Source: Salinibacterium sp.
Lineage (GTDB): Bacteria > Actinomycetota > Actinomycetes > Actinomycetales > Microbacteriaceae
Direction of reading: 5' to 3'
Assembly: GCA_025352485.1 (NCBI GenBank)
Contig: JANXTJ010000261.1
Location: 1-42,584 of the forward strand
Length of the DNA: 42,584 nucleotides
Position 1 is the first letter of the stretch. Each line of letters starts with the position of its first letter. This document shows, in pieces, positions 23,278 through 33,157 of the stretch. The notes under the pieces were generated by a model, which was given only the letters and a program-made list of their open reading frames with translations, searched no databases and had not been told where the DNA came from. A program made the translations under genes and the position numbers.

Positions 23278-23435
23278 TGTACGGGGCATTGTGGCGCGTG
23301 CTCCCCGGAGCAGTCTGGCTCAAGCTGCTCATCCTGCTCATCCTGTTGGTGGCCGTATTGGCCGCCTGCGTCACCTGGGTCTTCCCGTGGGCGCAAGAAT
23401 ACGTTTTCCCGCAAGACGTCACGGTGACCCAATGA
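23277..23435 (+). CDS. Small membrane protein, 52 aa (not in the ORF track)
   Basis: MYGALWRVLPGAVWLKLLILLILLVAVLAACVTWVFPWAQEYVFPQDVTVTQ; overlaps the sortase stop (TGATG) and the pabA start (ATGA). Confidence 0.8.
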   Translation: MYGALWRVLPGAVWLKLLILLILLVAVLAACVTWVFPWAQEYVFPQDVTVTQ

Positions 23436-24097
23436 CTCACGTTTTGGTCATCGACAACTACGACAGCTTCGTTTACACCCTCAACGGATACCTGCTCCAG
23501 TTGGGAGCGCAGACGACCGTGATGCGCAACGACGCATTCCCGGCCGCGGCCGCTGCCGACGTCATCCGCGACTACGACGCAGTGCTGCTCTCGCCGGGCC
23601 CCGGCACACCGGCGAACGCGGGCGTCAGCATCCCCATCGTGGCCGCGGTACTTCACACGGGCCAGCCACTGCTCGGTGTTTGCCTCGGACATCAGGCGAT
23701 CGCCGAGGCGCTCGGTGCGACCGTCACTCACGCCGACGAGCTCATGCACGGTAAAACGTCCCTCATCAGCCACGATGGTGGTGCCTTTTACGACGGCGTA
23801 CCCCAGCCGTTCGCGGCCACTCGATATCACTCGCTGGCTGTCGTGAATTCAACGGTGCCGGATTCACTGACCGTAACCTCGCGCACGGCGGGCGGGGTGA
23901 TCATGGGCCTGCAGCATGCGAGCCTGCCGATTTACGGGGTGCAGTTTCATCCGGAATCGGTGCTCACCGAGGGTGGATACCGCATGATCGGCAACTGGCT
24001 CGCCGCCGCCGGGCTGCCCGAAGCGGCAGAGGCAGCTAAGGGACTGACCCCGCTCGTCACCCTGTCCTCAGCTGCCGGTCAGCTTCCGCTGCAGTAG
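23432..24097 (+). CDS. pabA: Aminodeoxychorismate/anthranilate synthase glutamine amidotransferase component (PabA/TrpG)
   Basis: IDNYDSF, SPGPG, GVCLGHQ, TRYHSL, QFHPES. Confidence 0.93.
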   Translation: MTHVLVIDNYDSFVYTLNGYLLQLGAQTTVMRNDAFPAAAAADVIRDYDAVLLSPGPGTPANAGVSIPIVAAVLHTGQPLLGVCLGHQAIAEALGATVTHADELMHGKTSLISHDGGAFYDGVPQPFAATRYHSLAVVNSTVPDSLTVTSRTAGGVIMGLQHASLPIYGVQFHPESVLTEGGYRMIGNWLAAAGLPEAAEAAKGLTPLVTLSSAAGQLPLQ

Positions 24098-25806
24098 ATC
24101 AGGGTTATGGGCGATTTCTGGGGCACATCGCCCTTGAGGGATTGCGACGCGACAACGCCGCCTTTGCAGGTGCTGTCGACCTGCACCTTGATATTGAGCT
24201 GGAGGGCGGTCAGCGTCGCGCTCGCGGCAGCGATCGGCTGGCCCGTGACATCCGGGACCTGAACCATGCCGTTGGAGACGACGAGGTTAATCCGCGAGCC
24301 TTCGCGAATGGGCTTGCCATCTGCGCCGAGGGTGGCGCCACCGACCGGGTCGGAGTTGATGACGATGCCGGCCGCGATGTCGGGTGAATAGGTGGTGGTC
24401 GTGCTGCCGTAGACCAGTTTTTTTGCGACAATTGCGGCGACCGCGTCGGCCTCGAGCATGTTCTTGACGTTAGGGGCAGTCACCGGCGTTTCACCGATCG
24501 AGACGTAGACCTTGATCTGAAGACCGGGTGAGACGGTGGTGCCGGCGTCAGGATCAGTGCGGATGATGACGCCCTCAGGCACGGTCTTGCTCGCCTCCGT
24601 GAACTTCTGCGGTGCAAGCTTTGCCGACTCGAGGGCCTTGGAACCGTCCTCATAGGTCTGCCCGGCGACGCTGGGCACCTTGGCGGAGACATTGCCGGTG
24701 AGTTGGGCCGGGGCGAGGTTAAACGTCCAGAAAATGACCGCGGCGATGATGACCACCATCGTGGCAATTCCGGCCCAGATCCACGCGACCGGGGGGCGAT
24801 TCTGGGTACGGACGATGCGGTCATCGGCGTCGACAGTGAGTTGGCGAAGGGTGGCTTCTGACCCGGCCACCGAAGTGGGGTTGACCCCGAACAGTGTGGC
24901 GTTAAAGTCGCTCGCCGCGACCGGCTTGCGCACCGGAACGGCGCCGACCGCGGCGGATTCGACATCGTCGCGAAACTCGTTGGCGCTCTGGTAGCGCTGG
25001 AAGCGGTCTTTCGCGAGGGCGCGCAGCACGACGGCATCGAGCGCGGGAGAAACCTTCGGGTTGAGTGAGCTAGGTGCGGCCGCCTCCGAGTTCACGTGCT
25101 GGTACGCCACGGAAACCGGATTTTCACCGCGGAACGGTGCGCGTCCGGTGAGGAGCTCGAAAAACACGACTCCGGTCGAATAGAGATCGGTGCGGGCATC
25201 CACCGTCTCGCCGCGTGCCTGTTCGGGCGAGAAGTATTGCGCGGTACCGAGGATGCTGCTGGTCTCGGCGATCGTTGCCGCGGAGTCCGAGATGGCGCGG
25301 GCGATACCGAAATCCATGACCTTCACCTGCCCGGTGGAGGTGATCATGATGTTGCCCGGCTTGATGTCGCGGTGCACGACTCCGGCGCGGTGCGAATACT
25401 CGAGGGCCGTGAGCACCTGTTCGATGATCCGACAGGCCTCGGCCGGGTCGACCGCACCCTCGGCGATCAGGTCTTTGAGCAGTCGTCCGTCGACGAATTC
25501 CATGACGATAAACGGGATCAGGGTCTCGGTGCCGCCCGGCTCACCCACCGACTCCTCGCCCGCGTCGAAGATGCGCACGATCGTGGGGTGGGCCATCTTT
25601 GCGGCATCCTGTGCCTCGCGGCGAAAGCGGGTGCGGAAGGCAGGGTCGTTGGCAAGGGACGGCTTGAGAAGCTTGATTGCCACTCGACGCCCGAGGCGGG
25701 TATCCGTGCCGACGTGGACGTCGGCCATACCGCCGCGGCCCACGAGCTCACCTACCTGGTAGCGGCCGGCAAGCAGACGTACGCTCGGTTCAACGCCTTC
25801 AGTCAC
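24079..25806 (-). CDS. pknB: PASTA-domain Ser/Thr kinase PknB
   Basis: GRGGMA, HRDIKPGN, DFGIAR, GTAQYFSPEQ, TM, about three PASTA repeats; start GTG 25806 or ATG 25812. Confidence 0.95.
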   Translation of the reverse strand: MTEGVEPSVRLLAGRYQVGELVGRGGMADVHVGTDTRLGRRVAIKLLKPSLANDPAFRTRFRREAQDAAKMAHPTIVRIFDAGEESVGEPGGTETLIPFIVMEFVDGRLLKDLIAEGAVDPAEACRIIEQVLTALEYSHRAGVVHRDIKPGNIMITSTGQVKVMDFGIARAISDSAATIAETSSILGTAQYFSPEQARGETVDARTDLYSTGVVFFELLTGRAPFRGENPVSVAYQHVNSEAAAPSSLNPKVSPALDAVVLRALAKDRFQRYQSANEFRDDVESAAVGAVPVRKPVAASDFNATLFGVNPTSVAGSEATLRQLTVDADDRIVRTQNRPPVAWIWAGIATMVVIIAAVIFWTFNLAPAQLTGNVSAKVPSVAGQTYEDGSKALESAKLAPQKFTEASKTVPEGVIIRTDPDAGTTVSPGLQIKVYVSIGETPVTAPNVKNMLEADAVAAIVAKKLVYGSTTTTYSPDIAAGIVINSDPVGGATLGADGKPIREGSRINLVVSNGMVQVPDVTGQPIAAASATLTALQLNIKVQVDSTCKGGVVASQSLKGDVPQKSPITLIYCSGS

Positions 25807-25872
25807 AAGCATCTCTTCCCGATCCCGACAATATCTCTGCAAGTGTAGCCGTTGGCCCTCGCGGCACTTCTT

Positions 25873-27543
25873 CTAGTAGGCGATCGAGGTGTCGCCGGAC
25901 GACGGGGACTCGAGGTCGGTGCAGAGAGCCGTGTACTTGACGACCGTCGTGCCGGGTGAGGGGGATCCGAGTTGGATTGCCAGCGAATTGGTCGTTGGTC
26001 CCACCGAGCCGTTTCCACCGTTGCCGGTGATCGTGCCGTTGGTCACCTTCACGGAAAATCCGCTCAGGGTGTGGCCGGCGGGGCAGCCGGTGTAGGCGGG
26101 CCAGCTCACTGTGACAGTCGAGCCGGGAAGGTGTGGACCGGCGGGATAGGTGGTGGGCGCGGGCTGGGTGGCCACTGGCGGGGCAGCGACCTCTTTGTAG
26201 AAGGTCACCGCGATCAGGTCGTTCTTGCGCACATTGCCCTTGGGGTTGATCTTGTAGGCGGTGCCCACCAAATCCGCGGAGGGGGCGGGGATGCCCGTGA
26301 CGGGATCCATGCGCAACCCCTTCTGCGTCAGCAGGTCGCCGGCCTGGGCTTGGGTCAGGCCGATGAAGTCTTTTTCGTCCAACACCACCACGTTGCTGGT
26401 CGGTGTGGGCGTCGGAGTCGACGAGGTGGCGGCTGGCGAAGTGGGGGCGCTGCTGCTCGGGGTGGGAGAACTGCCCGGGATGGCGACGAGCGCGATGATC
26501 GTGCCGATGAGCACCACCGCGAGCAGCGAAATAAGCGCGACGAGCGGCCAAGTCCAGGGGTTTCGGCGTCGGGTCTCTGTGGGCTGAGTGGGAATGCCGC
26601 CGGTGCCGTTTGTGGTCAACACTCGGGTGAGCTGCTGCGTGTTCTGCCCATAATTGGGGCCGACCATGGCGGCGAGCGAACTGGCGCCGACGATCCCAGG
26701 GACAGCGGCGGCCGCGGCGGCGAGATCTCCCCGGCGCAGCGCTTGTGCTGCCCTCGCGAGATTCGCGGCTGAGGCAGGGCGGTCAGCGGGGTTTTTGGCG
26801 ATGCAGGAATAGACCAGATTGCGCACCGGCTCTGACACGGTAACGGGTAGCTCTGGTGGCGTCTCATTGATCTGTGCCATGGCGATCGCCACCTGCGACT
26901 CCCCGGTGAAAGGGCGGCGGCCGGCGAGAGCCTCATACGCAACAATTCCCAGCGAGTAGATGTCGGTCGATGGGGAAGCGGGATGCCCGCTCGCCTGCTC
27001 GGGGGAGAGGTACTGCACGGTACCCATGACCTGGCCGGTCGCGGTGAGCGGAACCTGGTCGGCGATGCGGGCAATGCCGAAGTCGGTGATCTTGACCCGG
27101 ACATCCGGAGTGATCAGCAGGTTGCCCGGCTTGATGTCGCGGTGTACAAGACCGGCGGCGTGGGCGGCATGTAGTGCGTTGGCCGTCTGGGCGACAATAT
27201 CGAGCACCCGGTCGGTGGAGAGAACGTGCTCGCGCTCAAGGATCGCGCTCAGTGCCTCGCCCGGTACGAGTTCCATGACGAGGAAGGCACTACCGTCTTC
27301 CTCGCCGTAGTCAAAAACATTGGCGATGCCCTCGTGGTTCACGAGCGCGGCATGCCTGGCTTCTGCGCGAAAGCGCTCCAAGAAACCCGGATCGCCCAGG
27401 TACTCGTCCTTGAGGATCTTGATCGCCACCGTGCGCCCGATTACCAGGTCGGTCGCCTGCCAGACCTCGCCCATGCCGCCGATTGCGACGCGGCTGGTGA
27501 GCTGATATCTGGCCCCAAAGGTGAGGCCGCTCGTGGGTCTCAT
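25873..27543 (-). CDS. pknA: Ser/Thr kinase PknA
   Basis: IGGMGEV, HRDIKPGN, DFGIAR, GTVQYLSPEQ, TM, extracellular region; between pbpA and pknB. Confidence 0.92.
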   Translation of the reverse strand: MRPTSGLTFGARYQLTSRVAIGGMGEVWQATDLVIGRTVAIKILKDEYLGDPGFLERFRAEARHAALVNHEGIANVFDYGEEDGSAFLVMELVPGEALSAILEREHVLSTDRVLDIVAQTANALHAAHAAGLVHRDIKPGNLLITPDVRVKITDFGIARIADQVPLTATGQVMGTVQYLSPEQASGHPASPSTDIYSLGIVAYEALAGRRPFTGESQVAIAMAQINETPPELPVTVSEPVRNLVYSCIAKNPADRPASAANLARAAQALRRGDLAAAAAAVPGIVGASSLAAMVGPNYGQNTQQLTRVLTTNGTGGIPTQPTETRRRNPWTWPLVALISLLAVVLIGTIIALVAIPGSSPTPSSSAPTSPAATSSTPTPTPTSNVVVLDEKDFIGLTQAQAGDLLTQKGLRMDPVTGIPAPSADLVGTAYKINPKGNVRKNDLIAVTFYKEVAAPPVATQPAPTTYPAGPHLPGSTVTVSWPAYTGCPAGHTLSGFSVKVTNGTITGNGGNGSVGPTTNSLAIQLGSPSPGTTVVKYTALCTDLESPSSGDTSIAY

Positions 27544-28994
27544 CTGAATAGCACCGCCTCTAGTACTTTTTTCGCAATCGGAGCCGCGAGCATGTTACCC
27601 GTGCCGTTCTGACCGATGCCACCACCGTTCTGCACGACGACAGCAATGGCGACTTGGGGGTCATTCGCCGGCGCAAAACCCGTGAACCAGAGCGAGTATG
27701 GCTCGCCCACTCCGTTCTCTGCTGTACCGGTCTTACCCGCGACGCTGACTGAATCTATTCTGGCATTACTGGCCGCACCGTTGCTGACGTTATTGATCAT
27801 CATTTGGGTCATCGTCGTCGCCGTCTGCTGACTGATCGCCTGGCTGAAAATGGTCGGCTGCAACTTCTTGATGATCGTCAGATCGGGCGCTATCACGCTC
27901 TGCACGAGGGTCGGTTGCATGAGAACCCCGCTGTTAGCGATCGCCATCGACACCATAGCCATCTGCAGCGGCGAAGCGCGCACACTTGACTGCCCAAAGG
28001 CCGCCAGCATCGTTTGCGGGTCATCTAGGCCGCGGGGATAGACGCTCTCGGTGGAGGTCATCGGCACGTCGACAGTCCGATTGAAGCCGAACTTTTCGGC
28101 CTGCTGCAGGATCGCGCGGCCACCGACGGCGAGACCGATCTGCGCGAACGGAATGTTGCAGGACAGCCGCAGCGCATCGGCGATCGACACGGTGGCTGTG
28201 CCACCACAGGTATCGCGCCCCGAGTTGGTGATGATGGCGTTGCTCTGCGGGAGTTGCAGCTCTGGCGGGTTCGGAAATTGGCTGTCGGGAGTGTACTTGC
28301 CGCTCTCTAGCGCCGCGGCTGTCACGACCAACTTGAAGGTCGATCCGGGCGGGTCAAAGTCGCCGGACATCGTGCGATTGAACAGCGGACCGGAGGGGTC
28401 AGCCAGCAGCGTGTCATAAGTATCGATGACCTTCTGGCTGTCGTGTACGGCCAAGAGATTGGGGTCGAATGTCGCCTTCGAGACCATGGCGATGATTTCG
28501 CCGGTCTTAGGTCTGATCGCGATTACGGCGCCGCTGTGATCGCCGAGCGCATCCCATGCCGCCTGCTGCACCACCGGGTCGATCGTGAGCGAAACCGCTG
28601 CGCCCTTCGGGTTTTGCCCGGTGAGAATCGCGTTGACCTGATCGAAGAACTGCTGATTGGATGTTCCACTCAGGTAGTTGTTGAGGGCGCCCTCAATTCC
28701 GGTATTGCCCTGACCGAGGGTGAAGTAACCCGTGACGGGGGCATACAGCGGCCCGTTCGTATAGGTGCGCTGAAAGCGGTACTCGTCGGTCGTCGGCCGG
28801 GACTGCGCGATCGGCGTGCCACCGATCAAGATGGCGCCACGCTCGGCCGAGTAGCTGGCGTAGAGCGAGCGCGCGTTGCGCGCGTCTCCGCGAAGCGTGT
28901 CGGCCGAAACAACCTGAATGACGGTGCTCGACAGGAACAGCGCGAGGAACATGATCAGCACCACTGTGCTGACCCGCTTGAGTTCTCTATTCAC
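27540..28994 (-). CDS. pbpA: Class B penicillin-binding protein PbpA
   Basis: PGSTFK (SxxK), SCN (SxN), KTGTAE (KTG). Confidence 0.94.
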   Translation of the reverse strand: MNRELKRVSTVVLIMFLALFLSSTVIQVVSADTLRGDARNARSLYASYSAERGAILIGGTPIAQSRPTTDEYRFQRTYTNGPLYAPVTGYFTLGQGNTGIEGALNNYLSGTSNQQFFDQVNAILTGQNPKGAAVSLTIDPVVQQAAWDALGDHSGAVIAIRPKTGEIIAMVSKATFDPNLLAVHDSQKVIDTYDTLLADPSGPLFNRTMSGDFDPPGSTFKLVVTAAALESGKYTPDSQFPNPPELQLPQSNAIITNSGRDTCGGTATVSIADALRLSCNIPFAQIGLAVGGRAILQQAEKFGFNRTVDVPMTSTESVYPRGLDDPQTMLAAFGQSSVRASPLQMAMVSMAIANSGVLMQPTLVQSVIAPDLTIIKKLQPTIFSQAISQQTATTMTQMMINNVSNGAASNARIDSVSVAGKTGTAENGVGEPYSLWFTGFAPANDPQVAIAVVVQNGGGIGQNGTGNMLAAPIAKKVLEAVLFR

Positions 28995-30442
28995 CGGACC
29001 ACCATCCCAGCCCCGACGTCGGGTGCGGCCTCGACGATCAGCCGAGGCTGGTTGCGCACGGTGTCAGAGAGCCGCAGCAGCAGGGCCGCGATGATCCAGT
29101 TCGCGACCAAGGAGGACCCACCCGCGGCGAGGAACGGGGTCGTCAGGCCAGTTAAGGGAATAACGCGCGTCACGCCGCCCACCACCACGAAGACCTGAAG
29201 CGCGATGGCGAAAGACAGGCCCACACCGAGCAGGCGACCAAAATCGTCTTGTCCGGCGAACGCGATGCGAAAACCGCGGGAGACGAACAGCAAATACAGA
29301 CCGAGGATCGCGAAGATGCCAATGAGCCCCAACTCTTCACCGAGCGCCGCGATGATGTAGTCGCTGTTGGCGAGCGGGGTGATGTCGGGGCGGCCGCGGC
29401 CGAGCCCGGTGCCCAGCAAGCCACCGTTGGCAAACCCGAACAGCCCCTGCACCAGCTGGTAGCTTCCGCCCTGCTCGTCGTAGATCTTCGGGTCGAACGG
29501 ATTGAGCCAGGTGGCGAAGCGCCCGTTGACGTAGCTGAGCACTTGGCTGGCGATTGCACCACCGACGACGAGCATCGACAGCCCGAGCACCACCCAGCTT
29601 CCCCGCCCGGTAGCCACATAGAGCATCACGAGGAAGAGCCCGAAGTAGAGCAGGGCGACACCGAGGTCGTGCTGAAACACGAGGACGAGCATCGATGAGG
29701 CGAACACCACGAGGATGGGGCCGAGGTCGCGGGCTCGCGGGAAGCGCATCCCGAGAATGCGTCGACCGACCATCGACAGCGAATCGCGCGCCGTGACGAG
29801 GTAGCCCGCAAAGAAGATGGCTAGCGCGACTTTCGCGAGCTCGCCGGGCTGGAAAGAGAAGGGCCCGATGTCGACCCACAGTCGCGCGCCGTTCTTGGCC
29901 GATCCGACGATGGGGAGCATCGGCAACAACAACAAAACGATACCGACGAACATGGCGACGAACCGGTAGCGCTGCAGCACCCGGTGATTTCGCACCACAA
30001 TCACCACCGCGATCGCGATGCCGACGGCGATCGCCGTCCACAGAATCTGGCGGATGCCCGCGCTACCCCAGCCGTAGGACTTGTCGGCCAGATCGAGGCG
30101 ATAGATCATCGCGATGCCCAACCCGTTGAGCAGGGTGATGATCGGAAGGATGAGCGGGTCGGCGTCGGGAGCGACCACGCGCAGCGTGACATGCAGGGCG
30201 ACAATGAGCACCCCGAGAAGGGCGTCGAGGCCGATGGCAGTGAACTCGAGATGCCCAATGGCCCCGAGCTGGACCAGAGAGATTGCGGCGATGTTGATGG
30301 CGATGGCCAACAGCACGAGGGCCAACTCGAGATTGCGCAGCCGGGCGGGCACCCGCAGCTTCAGTCGGATGCTGGTGGTCAACGGGGAGCGGACCCCCGC
30401 TTCCACGGGGGTTCCGAGCGTGCGGCTCGCGCTATTTGGCAT
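28991..30442 (-). CDS. rodA: SEDS family protein RodA
   Basis: FQPGELAK, HDLG, SDYIIAALGEELG, IPLTGLTTPFLAAGGSS. Confidence 0.94.
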   Translation of the reverse strand: MPNSASRTLGTPVEAGVRSPLTTSIRLKLRVPARLRNLELALVLLAIAINIAAISLVQLGAIGHLEFTAIGLDALLGVLIVALHVTLRVVAPDADPLILPIITLLNGLGIAMIYRLDLADKSYGWGSAGIRQILWTAIAVGIAIAVVIVVRNHRVLQRYRFVAMFVGIVLLLLPMLPIVGSAKNGARLWVDIGPFSFQPGELAKVALAIFFAGYLVTARDSLSMVGRRILGMRFPRARDLGPILVVFASSMLVLVFQHDLGVALLYFGLFLVMLYVATGRGSWVVLGLSMLVVGGAIASQVLSYVNGRFATWLNPFDPKIYDEQGGSYQLVQGLFGFANGGLLGTGLGRGRPDITPLANSDYIIAALGEELGLIGIFAILGLYLLFVSRGFRIAFAGQDDFGRLLGVGLSFAIALQVFVVVGGVTRVIPLTGLTTPFLAAGGSSLVANWIIAALLLRLSDTVRNQPRLIVEAAPDVGAGMVVR

Positions 30443-31670
30443 CCGACAACTGGTCCACTATGCGGTGAGCATCGGAGAGGCTGTTGGCGTTGATGGTCGC
30501 TTCGACGCTCTGCCGGCTGAAGGGCGAAAGGGTGTCGAGGCTGATGTTGGTGGCCTCGAGCACGTGAGAGAGCTTGATCGGTCCGACATCCTGCTGCACG
30601 CCCTGGAAGATCGCGACCTTGCCATTATCGGCACCGACATAGAAGTGCTGCTGGGTGAACTGGTAGCCGACGACCGCCGCTGTCACGATCGCCGCGACCA
30701 CGACGGCGAGGAAGACGAGCCACGAGATGCGCCGCCGCCGGGCGCGTCGACGGTCTTCGAGGATAAGGGCATCGAGGTATTCGTCGGACTCCGGCTCGAA
30801 GTGGCTGTCGTCGGTTTGCGTGGCCTTGAGCGGGTGCAGTAACAGACTTGGCAGGCGCATCGGCTTGCGAATGCTGTCGGCCTCGAAGACCAGCGCAGAC
30901 GCGGCCGACCCGACCGTGATCGGGGGGTTATGCGAGGAATCACCGCTGTCGTCGATGTCGACGAGGACCACGGTCACGTTGTCGGGCGCGCCCTGGTCGA
31001 GGCTCTCCTTGACCAGACGGTTGGCGGCATCGTCGGTGCTGGAACCTGCCGCTAGGGCCGCCGCGATCTTCTCGTCGGTGACGTAACTGCTGAGCCCGTC
31101 TGAGCAGATCAGCCAACGATCGCCGGGGCGGGTGTCGAGCACCGTGGTGTCGATCTCGGGGGAAGCATCGACATCGCCGAGGACGCGCATCAGAACGGAC
31201 CGCCGGGGATGAACCGCCGCTTCCTCCTGGGTGATGCGACCGCTATCGACGAGTCGCTGCACGAACGTGTGGTCGGCAGAAATCTGGGTGAGCTCGGCGT
31301 CGCGGTATAGATAGATGCGGGAGTCGCCGATATGGGCCATCGCGATCTGGTTATCGACCCGCAGAATGGCGCTCACCGTGGTGCCCATGCCGGTGAGTTC
31401 GCCGTGGTCGAACACCGTCTCTGCCAACAGCGAGTTGGCCGCGAGCAGCGCCGCGTGTAGGGCGAACGCGGCATCGTTGGGTGAGGTGTAAAGGCGATCG
31501 GTCTCCGTGATGCGCTTCACCGCGATGGCCGAAGCGACGTCGCCGCCTGCGTGGCCGCCCATCCCATCGGCGACGACAAACAGGTAGGTGCCCGCGTAAC
31601 CGGAGTCTTGGTTATTGGCGCGGATCTTTCCGACATGCGAGACGGCAGCGCTGTTGCCCGAAGTAGCCAT
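30432..31670 (-). CDS. pstP: PP2C-family Ser/Thr phosphatase PstP
   Basis: NNQDS, VADGMGGH, HIGDSR, CSDGL, DNVT; C-terminal TM. Confidence 0.94.
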   Translation of the reverse strand: MATSGNSAAVSHVGKIRANNQDSGYAGTYLFVVADGMGGHAGGDVASAIAVKRITETDRLYTSPNDAAFALHAALLAANSLLAETVFDHGELTGMGTTVSAILRVDNQIAMAHIGDSRIYLYRDAELTQISADHTFVQRLVDSGRITQEEAAVHPRRSVLMRVLGDVDASPEIDTTVLDTRPGDRWLICSDGLSSYVTDEKIAAALAAGSSTDDAANRLVKESLDQGAPDNVTVVLVDIDDSGDSSHNPPITVGSAASALVFEADSIRKPMRLPSLLLHPLKATQTDDSHFEPESDEYLDALILEDRRRARRRRISWLVFLAVVVAAIVTAAVVGYQFTQQHFYVGADNGKVAIFQGVQQDVGPIKLSHVLEATNISLDTLSPFSRQSVEATINANSLSDAHRIVDQLSDAK

Positions 31671-31676
31671 TTTCAC

Positions 31677-32180
31677 CTACCGCCGAAGTTCGAAACTTGT
31701 CGTACCGATCTTGACCGGTGTGTTCAGTGGCACGTGCGTGGGCACGATTACTCGCGCGTCGTCGAGGAAGGTGCCGTTGGTCGAGTCTAGGTCCTGGATG
31801 ACCCAGCCATCATTCCAGAGCAGGAGACGCGCGTGGTGTGTCGAGGTGTAGTCATCCCGGATCACCAGCCCGGATTCGTTGGAGCGCCCGATCGTCAACT
31901 GCTCGGCCGGGAGGTCGATCTCGAGCCCCTCCTTCGAACCGGACACGATCACCAGTCGCTTCGCGTCCAGCGAGCTGGTGGGCTCCCGGCGCGCCGGCGG
32001 CGGCCCCGCAACTGGCGCTTGTGCGGGGGCAACCGGCGCCGAGTAGGCGGCCGGTTGCGGAAGGCGGCGGGCCTTTGGCCCGAACAGGTCACTGCGCAGG
32101 GCGAAGACGATGACGAATACGAAAACCCAGAGGATGCCGAGGAACCCGAAGCGCAGCAGGAGTAGGGTCAGTTCGCTCAC
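31677..32180 (-). CDS. fhaB: FHA domain protein FhaB/FipA
   Basis: N-terminal TM, IGRS, STHHA, DLDSTNGT. Confidence 0.92.
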   Translation of the reverse strand: MSELTLLLLRFGFLGILWVFVFVIVFALRSDLFGPKARRLPQPAAYSAPVAPAQAPVAGPPPARREPTSSLDAKRLVIVSGSKEGLEIDLPAEQLTIGRSNESGLVIRDDYTSTHHARLLLWNDGWVIQDLDSTNGTFLDDARVIVPTHVPLNTPVKIGTTSFELRR

Positions 32181-32905
32181 CCGCCATCACCGCCCGGCCG
32201 TGGTGGTTGCGCCCTCAGGTCAATGAACTGATCGACACCGGCCGCCTGGGCGAGCACCCGGAAGACGATGCGAGTGCGGCCAATGTCGATCACAGAGTCG
32301 GGGGGCAGCGGCGCCTTCGTCACTCGTCGGCCGTCCAGCATCGAGCCGTTCGTTGAACCGAGGTCATTGACCTGCGCGCGAGTGCCATCCCACAAAATCT
32401 CCACGTGTTTGCGGGATATGCCCGAGTCATCGACGGTGATGTCGGCGTCACTGCCGCGACCGATGACGGTGTGGGAATGGGTGAGCGGGTAGCGCTTGCC
32501 CGCGATATCGAGGATCGGGGTCCAGGCGACGGTGCCTTTGACGTTCACGGAGCTGATTTCGATCATGCCCTGGGTCAGCGATCGGTCATCGTGGAGGCTG
32601 ATCGAGATTCCGCCGGAGAAGGAGTAGCGCTGGGCCGTGGCGTGCTGCTGCACGAGTTGGGTGAGCTCGTCGATGAGCGTTTGACCCAGAGCAACCATGC
32701 GCTCGTAGTCGGTGTGGTTCAGCCGCACCGTGAACGAGTTGGGAACGAGGATGCGGTCGCGCGCGACCACCGCGGCGGTGGTGTCGAGCTCGCGTCGCAG
32801 GGCACTGGTGATCTCGATCGGCTGCAGACCACTTTTGAAGGTCTTGGCGAAGGCACCGTTAACTACCCTCTCCAAACCCCTCTCGAAGTTGTCTAGCAGA
32901 CCCAA
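32177..32905 (-). CDS. fhaA: DUF3662 + FHA domain protein FhaA (compact form)
   Basis: FERGLERVVNGAFAKTF (DUF3662), IGRGS, SRKH, DLGSTNGS; TTG start after GGAG. Confidence 0.92.
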   Translation of the reverse strand: MGLLDNFERGLERVVNGAFAKTFKSGLQPIEITSALRRELDTTAAVVARDRILVPNSFTVRLNHTDYERMVALGQTLIDELTQLVQQHATAQRYSFSGGISISLHDDRSLTQGMIEISSVNVKGTVAWTPILDIAGKRYPLTHSHTVIGRGSDADITVDDSGISRKHVEILWDGTRAQVNDLGSTNGSMLDGRRVTKAPLPPDSVIDIGRTRIVFRVLAQAAGVDQFIDLRAQPPRPGGDGG

Positions 32906-33028
32906 AGTTCTCCCATGATCGTTAGGACGATGTTAGCCGCTGGCCCGGGGAGCAGCCTGTTTGCCCGAGACCGTGCCCCCGCTCCTGTGCTAATCTCGCT
33001 CAGTCGGAAGCACGTTTTTCGGCGGAGC

Positions 33029-33112
33029 GCGCGAGTGGCGAAATTGGCAGACGCGCACGGTTCAGGTCCGTGTGCCCGTGAGGGCATGGGGGTTCAAGTC
33101 CCCCCTCGCGCA
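33029..33112 (+). tRNA. tRNA-Leu(CAG)
   Basis: Acceptor GCGCGAG/CTCGCGC, anticodon arm CACGG-TTCAGGT-CCGTG, long variable arm, GGTTCAAGTCC. Confidence 0.96.
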
Positions 33113-33124
33113 CAAAAAATAAGT

Positions 33125-33157
33125 AGGACGCCCCAGCTGGGGCGTCCTTCTTTGTTT
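33125..33157 (+). terminator. Intrinsic terminator after tRNA-Leu
   Basis: AGGACGCCCC-agct-GGGGCGTCCT followed by TCTTTGTTT. Confidence 0.85.
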
